A DNA stretch of 64,000 nucleotides from Callorhinchus milii (lineage: Eukaryota). The stretch spans positions 13,828,001 through 13,892,000 of the forward strand of contig NW_024704743.1 in NCBI RefSeq assembly GCF_018977255.1. Direction: 5' to 3'. The translations under genes and the position numbers were made by a program. Below, piece after piece: positions 48,906 through 61,724 of this stretch. Position 1 is the stretch's first letter. Every line of letters begins with the position of its first letter. The notes beneath the pieces were generated by a model that worked only from the letters and a program-made list of their open reading frames with translations, did no database searches and was not told the DNA's origin.

Positions 48906-51699
48906 CTGCAATGTAAGACACGTGTGAAGTCTCCAGGATTTTCACACAGAGAATGCAACTTTCGGGCCGTCAACATTGTCTAATTTACAGTATTTCTTAA
49001 CAGGATTCCTTAATAATCCGTCAACTCGGGGTCAGAGAGTAGATCAGGCGGGGGTGGGGGTGTTTGGAGTTCAGGCTCGGCTCCTAGGGGTCAGGGACCT
49101 CTACATGGAAGAACTGTCGACAGTATTGCACAACTCAGTATTGAGGAACCCAGTCAAGTCGTACCACAAACTAGAACAACAATGTTTCTCTCCTTTTTTT
49201 GTCCACTGATCGGTGAGGTCCAGAAAATCTTATAGCAGGTCACAAATGGAAGGGGTGAATTCATAGCGTTTCACCACCCAATAGATTTGATGATTATTAG
49301 ATCACTTGGTCAGTATCCTTTTCTACTGTACTGTAATACATCAGGCCTTCACCAGGCTCAGCGCCCTGCATTTTCATGGTGGTGCCATAGCGTTGCAAAA
49401 ACGGTGCAGGTAGACAGGTTGTGTGTGTGTGTGTGGAGAGGGTGGAGGGGAGGGGGCGCGAGAAGGGGGACGTAATTGAGCTAGTGGCAAGGTTTGAATG
49501 ACCTGTGGTGTTTCATGTGGTGCTCTATGTATTATCTCATTGAATGCGCTATGAAACGTCACTAATTTCAACCATAATGTTAAAAATACCAAAAGGCATA
49601 GAATGAACGACATAACAAAGAAAAAGGCCATTCAGCCCACGAAGACTGTGGTGGCTCTTTGAAAGAACAAACATTCAGTCCCATTCACCTGTCTATCCTC
49701 CATAATATTACAAATTCACCCCTATTTGTTCACAGGTCGAGCTCCAATGTTTTACTATTAAAACAAAGATTCACCAGCCAACCATCCAGCCAGCACAGAC
49801 CCCTTGCCTTGCTCACACTCTGTGATCGTGGTGATGTTCTATACCAGGAAAGGCCAACTTGCAGCCATCCCTGCCCTCTACTACGGGCTTCAGCCATTCA
49901 CCTAGTTTACTGAATGAACAATTCACATATATACAGTGCCTTTCATTTTAGGACATCTTCATATAGTTAACTGGGAGCCTGAGCATGACGAAGGGTAGGA
50001 AAAAGAAAACCGAGGAGAGGGTGAGGGGAAAAAAAAGCAATCCTCACACTATCTTCAAATCACATGTCAACAAGTAGCAGCGTCAGTCAGTGGTTTACGA
50101 CTGGCATTTCATTATGAAGGGTGGCGGTGGTTCTGCCCCTCTATTCTGGCTGCTTTTGCTGCAGGTGAACAGTATTGTAGCCAAGCTTTCCGGCAGGGCT
50201 GAGAAGAGGAAGCAGATGTCCAATTGTTCAGGGCGGGCAGGTGACGAAAGTGGTTCACTGCTCCCGTCAATGACATGCTCCAGCTGTTTCCTGCCTCTAA
50301 CCTTACCCACCCAATGACAGCAAGCTCAAATTCCCACCACTTTTAATTTAATATTAAGAAAAGATAACCCACAACAGCTTTTATTTCAACAAACGCAAAA
50401 TTATTAACACAACCTGTGATGGAGGAAGCCAAAGCTGCGTGGAAACGAACATATCATTCTGAAACCGTTAAGTTACAAAATATTTTACAAACATTTGCCT
50501 TGCACTATTTTTGGCCTCTGCAGCATTCTGTAGTAAAGCAGCCTGAGCAGATGGTCTATTCATCACTTCCCAACACTTCCCAAAACCTCTGGGCCTTGAA
50601 CGAAATTATAGTTTCAGATATATTATTAACCTAGCTAACCCGATTTCTTTCCCAGATTAGATGTCATGACAGACCAGAAAGGATTTCCATTGTTTATTAA
50701 TATACTTTATTAGCATAACTGAATGAAAATTAAGTGTCTGGTACATGACCTCTGATGGAACCATAGAAATTTACAGCATAGAAGAAGGCCATTCAACCCA
50801 TCAGGTCTGCCCTGGTTCTTTAAAAAGTGTTTTTTATTTAGTTCTAATTAGCTGCCATTTTGTTTTCTCCCTCTCCCATAATCCTCAAAAATATTTTTAG
50901 ATAAGATACAATTTTACATTGATATGCAAATCCAAGTACGATATGGACTTTGTGATTCATGTAACCCAGACTGGTTATGAAAATCACCAGTTCCATTGAT
51001 TTAGCATTGGTTTCAAATTGAAATCAGTGATTTCGCCTTTAAGGAATATCCTATGAAGCACTTTGAGATGTCTCAACGGTGTCAAGTGCAAGTATTATTA
51101 TTATTATTAATATTCTATAAATCAGAAGTAGTTGATTAATGAGATTCTAAAAACGGCTAATTATAAATCCTGAATGGTGCTCGAGTCTGGGAAATAAAAG
51201 ATCAAATAGTTGCCATTTTTTCTGCAGACAGATTCAAGTTTATCTTTTTTTAAGATGTCGGAAACAGCTCAGATATTCACATCTAATCCCCTTTATGATC
51301 CCGTAAATGAGACCTCTTCGCCTCCCCCCCATATCACAGTGTTTGTGTAATCTTACGTTGCTGTGATCTGTAGGTGTTCTTATCAAGCAATGATAAAAGT
51401 AAATGCTGGACACATGGTCACTGGAGACGTGAAACTCCACCTGATCTTAGCTACAAGACCATTTTCTCTTAAAATGTAAGACTTCACAGTATTTTGGATA
51501 TTCTAGAATTCATTCTTAATTAAGAATCAAAATAATAATAATCCTTGTGCCTTATTACATCAGTGAGACATCTCAAAATGCTTCACAGGATATACCGTAA
51601 GGTGAATTGACTGTATATTTTGTGGACAAAACGCTGGTTTCTTTTTAAGAAAGCTGAACACACCTTTCCAATGCAAGGATTCTGTGCAGACTTCTGCTG

Positions 51700-51900
51700 C
51701 CAACACAGCCGTCTAACCATCTGCTAGGGAGTCAACGAGAGGTCCAATTGGATTTTCTGCTCCTCCCTCAAGTCTGTGCTCTGTGCCACCCCCGCCTGAG
51801 ATCAGTTAATCAGCACAGACTGCGGGAACAAACACAGGGTCTTCCCTGTCTGTACAGCTGAATAACTCACTCAATAAACACATTGAGCCCTCGGGGGAAC
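51700..51900 (-). mobile_element. LF-SINE-like element (degenerate)
   Basis: Reverse complement ...tacagacagggaagaccc...gtctgtgctgattaactgatctcag. Confidence 0.5.
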
Positions 51901-53218
51901 CTCATCTTGTGCTTTAATTTGCAACAGTGGACATGTTGTTGAAGAGTGCCCCCAACTTTATTCAAATGGTTCTATCTGAACCTACTTACTGCTCTTACTG
52001 AGTCGATCAGCCATGGTGCCTTTGAATCTTGGATCATAGCATTTCAATGCCAGGTCACAAAGTCCCAATTTAATGCAACTTTAAAGTGTTCCATTATGTG
52101 ACAATTATCACATGGCATTCTGTATTTTGCAGCCCACAGCTCATTATCAAGGCAATACAAGTAGCCGTTCTGTTGTACAGATGGCTGTGGAATGTCCTAT
52201 GTAGCATGTGGACACGTGGCTCATCGATGTCCCAAACAGAGAACAAGTATGGTCAAGGCTCACTTGTAAAATTGCCGATGCGTTATATCAGCTTATCCAC
52301 TATGCCACTGACAGGCAGGGCAACTGTACCACTTTAAAGTTAACACGAAAAGCAAATACCCAGATTTATTTTCTGCGTCATGCTATTGAAAGCACTGAAA
52401 AACTTTATTGTAGCCATTTGAAACCCACAGTAAACCTCTCTGCAGCTGTTAGGTGATGGAAAGCATGTGTGTATTACATAGGCACCAAAAGACTTGCAGT
52501 ATTCAAAATGATTTAACAATAAAAGGCCTCCTCCAAAAGGTTGTCATTGAGAGGAGGAGACAAAGGAAAAGACTTCTCAATACATTTTCCTATTGTTCCT
52601 GCAATACGCCGTAGCTTAATAGACACCCACACTCACCCCATTTCAGTGCCCCCCGCCCCACCCCCGCTCTCTACCTTTCAAGATGATTCAAACTATGTTA
52701 ACAAAACCAAGCTCATTTTAAATTCTTTCAGCCCGTTGAATGAGCAACTCAGTTTAATCAAATAATAATTGACACAGCCAGGGGGAATGAGGGGAGATTA
52801 TTTTCCTCCTATCCGTAAGGAGTTTTCATGACTGGGTGCGGTTTACATTGGAGAAATCCCCTTAATAAATTACACTGTCAAAGTAGATAAATTTATCCAC
52901 AATTCTGAATAATTGAGAGCTACGTTGTGGTCTGAATTTAGACGTTCCTTTAGTCTCGAAGATAAATTACCTGGATGTGCCCTGCTCACACTGACATTAT
53001 TCTCAATGCCAAGTCTATGAATCCACGTCCACATTTGCCTGCCAGCAAGTGGCTTTTTCCATAAGCAAAAATTAAGCCGGAAAGCTGAATGCGTGACCCA
53101 GTTTCAATGCTATAGACATTATGAACATTGCTGGGGGAACACCCAGACACATCTGGACAATTCCCATTCAGTTGTTAAGGAATTTCCAAATTTCGATCAC
53201 TTGTTAAACAGCATGGAG

Positions 53219-53390
53219 ATAATAATAATCCTTGCGTTTGATATAGCGCTTTATCACGTCTTTGAGACATCTCAAAGCGCTTCACAGAATAAACTGTGAA
53301 GTGAATTGACTGTATATTTTGTGCACAAAACGCGGCAGCCAATTGCCCGCAGCAGTGTCCCATAAACAGTCATGGATTGAGTGACTACAT
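53219..53390 (-). mobile_element. SINE 3' part
   Basis: Tail plus Deu-like block. Confidence 0.82.
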
Positions 53391-53444
53391 TTTTGGGGGG
53401 GCTAACATGTGGTACTTTGGATCATTTAATGAACTGTTTTTGGC

Positions 53445-53725
53445 TGTCTCCGACCGCACCTCCCTCCCGAGGTAGCCAAAACCCTTAGCCATGCCTTCGT
53501 CACTTCCCACCTCGCCGTTTGCCCCAGATCCACTACCCACAAACTACAACTGATCCAGAACTCTGCCACCCACATTCTTACCCACACTAAGCTCCATACC
53601 CCCATCACACCAGTCCTCGCCAGGCTCCACTGGCTCGTTATCACAGATTGGATCAATTTCAAGATCCTCTCACTCGTCTACAAATCCCTTCATGCTTTGG
53701 CACCTCCCTTCCTTCTTGACCTGCT
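53445..53725 (+). mobile_element. Old L2 fragment
   Basis: Encodes a HAFVTS..LIQNSA..LHWL-like remnant. Confidence 0.75.
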
Positions 53726-54112
53726 TTCTCCTCACTCCATTATCTACTGTCTCCACTCGACTAGAATATTTTCCCATTTGTGTATTTCTGTATTGCATCT
53801 ATCACTTCCTAGTTAGGCACAGCATGTGCTATAGAGATGGAGAGAAAAGCTTTCTCTGCTCTGCCACAAGCATAATCCCCAATCTCCACCTAATACCACT
53901 GGGACATTTTCACACCAACTATTCTCATGCCCTCAAAATGCCAACTTTGTACCGACTTTTGGAGAGATGTGGGCTGAGAACAGACATGCATTGAGCCATT
54001 ATTATGGACTAAATGTGAACCCACATCCTAGAGATGAACAGATTAATTTAGTGCACTCCAGTACCCAACAACATGTAGGGGCCTCACGAACAAGCAGAGA
54101 ATGGTGACTTAC

Positions 54113-54180
54113 CTCTACAAAGTGGCCAGCTATCCCAGCCTGACATGAACCATGCTCCTCACCGTATGTCTTCTTATATT
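54113..54180 (-). CDS. ITGA9: ITGA9 exon ~5 (68 nt): (E)YKKTYGEEHGSCQAGIAGHFVE
   Basis: Acceptor gtgcag|AA and donor GAG|gtaagt; phase 1 joins the previous exon (G+AA = Glu). Confidence 0.95.
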
Positions 54181-54272
54181 CTGCACACAAAAAAAACAAC
54201 CATTGGTTCATGAAGTTTTAGCAAGTCATTGAAGACAATTTGGAGGAGGGGGCTATGTGCTGCAATATTTAT

Positions 54273-54960
54273 CACAACAACAACAAAGTTACATTTGTAT
54301 AGAACCTTTCATGTTGGGAAGACGTCCCAAGGCGCTGGATAATCAGAGTTTTGGACCCGAGCTGGGGGCCGGGATTGGGGAGGGTGGAGGGCAGGTGGGG
54401 GAAGCACGGTGATGGAAAGCACAGTCGAAGAGGAAAGTCTTGAGATGGGTCTTGAAGGAGGCAAAGGAGGGGGCAAGGCGGAGGGACTGTGAGATGGAGT
54501 TCCAGAGGGTGAGAGTAGAATGGCAGAAGGCCAGCCCCCCCCGCCAATGATGGAGCGAGCAAGGCGGGGGACATGAAGCAGGCTGGAGCCCGCTGAGCGG
54601 AGGGAGCGAACAGAGTGGTAGGGGGTTAGGAGGTCACAGAGGTAGTGGGGAGCAAGACCATGGAGGGCTTTGAAGGTGAGGCAGGATTTTGAACTGTATC
54701 CTCTGTGTAATGGTAAGCCAGTGGAGTCGGGCGAGGATGGGGGTGATAGGGTCATGGAGCCTGGTGCGGGAGGGGACATGGGCTGCAGAGTTGTGGATGG
54801 TCTGCAGCCTATGGAGGGAGGAGTTGGGGACGCCGACAAGCAAGGAGTTTACATAGTCAAGTCTGGATGTTATGAATGCACGTATGAGAATTTCGGCAGC
54901 CTGCGGTGTGAGACAGTGGCGGAGCCGGGCGATGTTGCGGAGGTGGGGGAAAGCAGAGCA
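54273..54960 (-). mobile_element. L2 LINE 3' fragment
   Basis: Motifs LHWLTITQRIQFK and FKALHGLAP; (ttg) tail ends ~90 nt upstream of the exon 5 acceptor. Confidence 0.9.
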
Positions 54961-56272
54961 ATCACATACGTAGTATCACAGCACATACTGCATATGTGAT
55001 GAATATCACATCATATTTGTATTCCCACGTGTCTGGAACTCCTAGCCTGTATCTTGCTGCCTGCCCTCCTGACTTGAAAGGCACAACACAAATGTAATTT
55101 GCTGTTGTTGCCAAAAGTTTTGGCATTTCAAATGCCTGAAACCCAGATCAATTTGACAAATGGAAGAGCTACTTTAAACTCCTTTCCCAATGCACCTCTT
55201 ACTGGTAATAGAAATATTAATGTTGGCTATTTTGAAGGAAACTGGCTGCAATGACAAAGTAGTAGACCTGGTATTTTGCCTGCTTAGCTTGGTGGAAACA
55301 GGAAAGTACTATGCATTTTAATTGAGTACTTTAATATGAAATACGTTTCAACTGGCCACTTAACCTAGCTTGTGTGGGAAACTGTAGTTTAGTTTCCATT
55401 CCTATATTTAGAGATTTTCTTTTTTCAGGCTGTACAGCAGACTATGGAACACATAATTTAACTCACCCTAAAACATAATAATAGTAACCATGTACATTAC
55501 CAGTGCTAAATCCTGGAACATTTTCTGTTTCCTGTTTGGCTGTGACCACCCTGTCCCTTGGGTTTTGACTCCCAACTTAAGGACATATCAACACCTCCTA
55601 ATCTCGTTGATGAGCCAGACCGGCTTGGTGAACAATTGCTGCGGATCTGACAGTTTTCCAGGCATCTCTCCTTGGAGACAGGCCATTTCCAGAGACACGC
55701 ATCTTCTCCCCCCACCCTCAAACACGCACACACTCACATCCTCCCCCCCTGCCAGAAGACCTTTAGTCTTAAAATTATACTACATTTTCGTGTTTTGAAA
55801 GTGTTGCCAAACTAAACATAGTGGTACCAAGTCCTGATCGCATACGAACTGGGCTTTAATTCTGAACTGGTCAAATGATAGCCCGGACAGAGATCACATC
55901 AAATTTAATCTCTCACATCAGGAAAGAGCCAACAAAGCCCAGACAGGCGATTTTCCTCCAGTTGACAGATTACACATTATTCAATTTCCTGCCAAGCCCA
56001 GGCCAGCCATTGCTCCACAGGGAGAGCACGGACAACCTCATCTCAGTTAGGCACCTCCAGCAGTCATAATGGCTGAGTCGGAGGTCTGCAAACAGCTTCC
56101 TAGTTCATCTTCACAACAGAGGAAATAGTCTGCCGAGTGCATGCTCGGAAAGGGAAAGAAACAATTGACTGATGAATGGAAGCGATTATTTTTCTCTTTC
56201 TCCCTGCCCTCCCCCCAACCTCTCCCTGTTCTTCCTTTCCCACAAAATCTTTTCTCTTAGTCTGTTATACAT

Positions 56273-56584
56273 AGTCCTGTAGCTCAGTGGTTAGAGCACT
56301 CGCTTTGCAAGCGAGAGACCTGAGTTCAATTCCAGGCAGAGGGCGAAACCTTGGGCAAGTTTCCTTACTCCACACGCCTAATAATAATCCCTCCAAAACC
56401 AAAAACAATAATAAATTGGTCATTTTCAATCTACGACTGTTTGTGGGACATTGCTGTGCGCAATTGGCTGCCGCGTTTGCCCACAAATATACAGTCAATT
56501 CACTTTACAGTGTGTTCTGTGAAGCGCTTTGGGACGTCCTCCCGACGTGAAAAGCGCTATATCAAATGCAAGGATTATTATTAT
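56273..56584 (+). mobile_element. Young tRNA(Ala)-derived SINE, short form
   Basis: Nearly identical to 22755-23080. Confidence 0.92.
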
Positions 56585-57426
56585 AGGAAGAAACTGGTGG
56601 AGTTGTATCCATACCAATTACCATTAAACGTATGATACATTGTCAGGAGCTTACACCACTGCACCAAATATTCACGAACAAAAGCAGTCACCATGATAGC
56701 TTTGCTTTAAGTTCTGTTGTATCAAATCACTTATTTTGCAATGGCAAGATTTATTCATTTCCAATTAAAGATTGCCCTCTCTTTTTATACTGGGAAATTT
56801 GGGGGAACCTTGCGTGGGGAAGGGGGTTATGTACACGCAAGTTGTTGTTGTTGCTATAATTGCATATTGTTGCTGTAATGCTCTCCGAAATGAGGTAAGC
56901 ACCTCTCTAGGGAAAGAGCACACATTCCACCCCAGACATAGGGTACGTAGCCGCTAGCAGAAAGCCAAGAACAATTTTATTCTGACCCCTCAACAGGCAA
57001 TTCATTTCACATCCACCCAGTCTGTGAACATTGCAAACTAGACCCCGTTTTCTGCAGAACTTTCTCTGCAGCAAAACAGTTCAATCACAATCTAAGTCAG
57101 ACCCCTGTGTATGTGGTTGAGCAACTGTGCAGGCAGACAATTCACATTATGAGGGGGGAGAGGGGAAGAAGAGTTAATCTATATTTTCTTCCCTTTATTT
57201 TTTTAGTCTTCTGACACCAGATGACTAAGAGGACAAGGTAACGGCCTGCTTCAGTACTGCTCTGGTACTGACCACCAGCTAGAAAGATTAGCTACCCATC
57301 AGCTACTCACTCAATTGGGTACAATTGACAACCTCTCTCTGACTCTCCACACTCTCCATCTTGTAAAGCCAAGGTGTACTTCAGCAAAGCTCATTCACTC
57401 CTTCCTTGCATCAAATTGACCCTCAC

Positions 57427-57550
57427 CTTGATAACAGGGGAGCAGCTCTTTTGTATTCTGGTACAGATTGGGTGGGATGATGTAGCAGGCTCCATGAGGC
57501 AGGATATGTTCAGACTGATAGTGGATATTCTTCCAACGGTGTGCACACGC
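57427..57550 (-). CDS. ITGA9: ITGA9 exon ~4 (124 nt): ACAHRWKNIHYQSEHILPHGACYIIPPNLYQNTKELLPCYQ
   Basis: Acceptor tttatttcag|GCG and donor CAAG|gtgagg; FG-GAP repeat 2 region; lies inside ORF 57395..57595. Confidence 0.95.
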
Positions 57551-60134
57551 CTGAAATAAACACAAAGAAAGATCATCTGTTAATGAAATAAACATAGTTG
57601 GAAAAAAACAATGACAAATGGTGATGTCACTTAAAGCTCACAAGCAACAGTCAGGAGAATGTCAGGGATGATATTAGTTTAGATGGAATATTATTCAATG
57701 GATATTTTAGCAAATATCTATGCTCCAAAGCCAGCAGTAACTGTTTACACAGTGTGTTCAAACAACTGCATGAGGTTTGTGAATAAGTCTGTAATTCTTC
57801 CACAAGAACTGCTGCAAAAGTCTAACATAGTTATCAGTAAACAACAAACAGACAACTTTGCAGCCACCTGCCAATGTGATTCCCGAAAGCATGTGAACAA
57901 TCTGCAGCAATCATTGAAAGGCTCCATTTCTTTCTCAGATGTGCTTTGTGCATCAATGACTTTTGACGTGATATTATTTATTTACACTTGAGTGAGTGCA
58001 AATACTATTATCACTGGACAGAGAAAATGTTCACCCCAGGGAATAGCTTTGCTTCAAATAGGCAGTGCCTCCACCTCCCAACTGCCCTCAAGTTCCTGTG
58101 CTCTTGACTCAATGGTTCCAATTGGGGGTGGCCTGTAGACTCCATGGCTCAAATCTAAATATCAGATAACAACAACAACAAGATTACATTTGTACAGCGC
58201 CTTTCACGTCGGGAGGACGTCCCAGGCACTGAAAGCAACTCAGCCTTTGCTGGGTCAAATCTGCCAATCCCAGTGAGGTGATGGGGGTGTGGGAAGGTGA
58301 AAGAAGGCTGATATCTAGTGGGGAATCTCAGTCTCACATTTTTTGACCACCTTGACTTTCATTGATGTTGTCTGTTCAGATAGACATGGATTCTTAATTT
58401 GGATACTGAGGGAGCCAATTAAACTCAGGGAAGGGAAAATGTTGGAGCAAAGGCGTTAAGAAAGACATCTGTGCCTTTCACACATTCATATAAAACCTCT
58501 AATAAAATATATTCACCCGACCAAAGCACGTAAGAGAACATATTAATAACATTATGGTTTGGTTCCATAAACTCAGACCCCCACGTTAAAACCAAACATG
58601 AGAAACTATGCACAGGAAGTGCTGCTGCTGTCATTCAGTTTTTACTGTGGGAAGTTGGCTATCGAGCGCCAGAAGTAATAGGTTTATACTAGAAGCTCCA
58701 GCACTATAAGCGGTTCAGTGCTAACTGAAGTAGGTGCCTATGACAAGGTCACTCTGTATCTGTTCCATGTAAGAGACAAAGGTCTTGATTATTTGCCATC
58801 TCCCCAACACCCCTTCCCCCCTCCTCCAAGGGGAGAAAAAAGGACTATTGCAGCCTGAAAATCTTCAGTCTAGCGCTGGACTGGATTTGTTAGGAACTAT
58901 CAATCTGGACCACATTCTTCAAAGTATCTTTTGAAGTGCACAATTACAAGGCCTCCAGATAAGAACACAAGAGCTTTTAGGACATGAAAAGGACAAAAGG
59001 AGCTAACACGCATATCCCTTTCTGAGAGTTGGCTAACCCATATATGACCACATCCCTTAACCACTTGCTTTTCACAAATCTATTTCATGCCGCAGCAGTT
59101 AGTGTGATTTCCCTGTAACAGTAATCTATGTGCAAAAACAGACCCACATGACTTTCCTTCTTTGTTCAAGCAAGACACTTATACTTGAGGGTTAGTAGAT
59201 AATGACGGTGCACTGACAGTGGCATTGTGAGAGTCCCGCGGAGGTGATTCGCTAATTATTAGTAAATGTCATATCCTTAGTAGGCGGGCTGATTCCGTTT
59301 GTTGGTAAATCCACCGACTCTGGTGGCTTGAGTTTATAATAGAATTTTTCCCATTATAAGGTCACACTTCCAAGGTCGAGAAACTTACTGGCCTGTCGAG
59401 AATCACAGACATTAACTGACCTTTGGGAGGTTCAGCTGCCACAAGCAGTTAATTGACAGATGAACTGAGAGCCATCTTTGTGTTGTAAGATACTACGTGC
59501 TTCCCTGCTGACAGGCCTGGCTTTCCAATTCCTAGTTGGAGAAGCTGCAGCCGGTTGCACTAAACTCTTGTTACTTTGATCAAAAGTCGTTCTCTCTGTT
59601 TGGACCTTGGTGCTTGTAATCTGACTTGGCCATCAGACTGTGATCACTCAGTAGATTTCCTTATCTTAGCTGCAAGTGCTGAGAGAGTGAAGTCAGACTG
59701 GGTTTGAAGAGACAGAGGGGGAGAGAGAGAGATGCACAGCAGTGGAACATGGAGAGTGTACATGTTCTTTTTAAAGTCCACACAGAACAGCGGGAAACTT
59801 TGGCTACATATTCTGTCAGGACATGATACTCTGTAATAGCAAACAAATCCGCTTGGTTTACATAGAAGAGAAAGCCAAATGAGTAAAGGCTGGAGCACTG
59901 ATACCTCATGACCAGATTGCCGATGGTTTGAAGCCCAGTATGTGCTCAATTTCTTGATCTCAGCCAGGGTAGCAGTTGAGTTGCTACAATTTTCCCGTAT
60001 ATCGGTCATCTTTCCCCTCCCCAAACCTCCCTTGGTTACCACCCCCAACTTGGTTCCCATCCATCATTGTTGAGCCCTTTGAGTCGTCCTCTGACGTGGA
60101 AGGTGCAGTATTGGTGAAAGCAGTAATGCATTGT

Positions 60135-61650
60135 CCACTGGCATCGTGCCCGCCCCTTTAAAAACGACCGTCATCACTCCTATCCTTAAAAAAAAACCCT
60201 CCCTGGACCCATCCCTGCTCTCAAACTACCGCCCCATCTCCAACTTTCCTTTCTTAGGTCCTGCAATGAGTCATTGTTTCCCAGCTTCGCTCCTTCCTCT
60301 CCCGCCACTCCCTTCCCAAACCCTTCCAATCGGGTTTTCGTGTCGGCCACAGCACAGAAACAGCTTTGGTCAAAGTGACAAATGACATTTTGTCCATCTA
60401 CGACCAGGGCTCCCTCTGCTCCATGTCCTCCTTGACTTCTCTGCTGCCTTAGATAATGTTGCCCACTCTATCCTCCTCCACTTCCTCTCCTCTCACCTCA
60501 ACCTTCATGGTTCTGTCCTTCCACTGGCTTCCCATCACACAGAGGATAAAGTTCAAGATCCTGGTCCTCACCTTCAAAGCCCTCCATGGTCTTGCTCCCC
60601 CCTACCTCTGCAACCTCCTAACCCCCTACCATCCTGCACCCTCTGTTTCACATCCATCGCCTCGCCCGTCCCACCATTGGCGGGCAGGCCTTCTGGCATT
60701 CTGCCCAACCCGCAGTCCCTTGGTCTTGCCCTCTCCCTTGCCTCCTTCAAGACCCATCTCAAGACTTTCCTCTTCGACCGTGCTTTCAATCACCCCGCTT
60801 CTCCCCCTGCCTCCATAATCCTGACCCCCAGCTCTAGTCCAAAACTCTTGACTGACCAGGGTCTTGAGACGTCCTCCCGACATGAACAGTGCTATACAAT
60901 TGTAATTTTGTTGTTGTTGTTGTTCAACGTTTCAGGTCCTACCTCTCACACCATCTCCACTTCATTTTCACAAATGGCTTTTCCTCTAGCCGCCACACCG
61001 TTTCGTGCAGCGTTCCTCAGGGCTCTGTCCTTGGTCCCCTCCTCTTCAATATCTATATGCTCCCTCTTGGTGACATCATCCGCAAACATGGGATCAACTT
61101 CCACATGCGGATGTCACCCAACTCTATCTCTCTGCATCCACCCTCGACTCCAGGACCCCTGCTGTCTTGACAGAATGTCTGTTAGACATCAAGTCCTGGA
61201 TGAGAGCTAACTTTCTGCAGCTGAACATCAACAAGACTGAGATCCTCCTGATTGACTCCTGTCAGCGCCTCCACACCTCAGGCATTGACAGCTTCACCAT
61301 CCACAGATGCACACTCTACCTCACCGAACCAGTCTGGAACCTCGATGTCTTGTTTGACCCACAACTATCCTTTCTACCCCACATCCGTGCCATGATCCAC
61401 TCTGCCTTCCTCCACCTCCGCAACATTGCCTGGCTCCACCACTGTCTCACACCGCAGGCTGCCGAAACCCTCATACACGCATTTATAACTTCCAGGTTCG
61501 ACTACGAAAAACCTCCTACTGGTCGGCCTCCCCAACTCCTCCCATGTCCTCTCCCGCACCAGGCTGCACGACCCTATCACCCTGATCCTCATCCGACTCC
61601 ACTGGCTTCCCATCACACAGAGGATACAGTTCAAGATCCTGATCCTCACT
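60135..61650 (+). mobile_element. L2 RT fragment containing a nested L2 3' fragment (~60520-60922)
   Basis: NYRPISNFPFL..., then an L2 3' end with (ttg)n tail, then [13 protein letters not shown]...WMRANFLQLN resumes. Confidence 0.88.
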
Positions 61651-61724
61651 TTTGGACACAGTATGGACACTATGGGCTGAAATGTCTCTTGTGCTGCAAA
61701 CACTCTGATAAGATACCAATGTTT

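Larger units (their letters stand above)
9446..57550 (-). other. ITGA9: Integrin alpha-9 gene, partial (12 internal exons, ~exons 4-15); both ends extend beyond the window
   Basis: Exon lengths 124+68+130+86+63+138+106+95+91+46+155+158 = 1260 nt. All have AG/GT boundaries and compatible phases. The peptide matches remembered ITGA9 motifs (ACAHRWKNI, YGEEHGSCQAGIAG, MGSYFGSSLCAVDLN, RARPVITV..ITAPQCHDG) better than ITGA4. Exon numbering is by recalled homology to human. Confidence 0.93.

Noticed and set aside
9446..57550. Assignment as ITGA4
   Set aside because: Diagnostic segments (YGEEHGSCQAGIAG, GSSLCAVDLN, APMF..IRDEGQV, ITAPQCHDG) fit ITGA9 as I recall it; only the exon 8 length is alpha-4-like.
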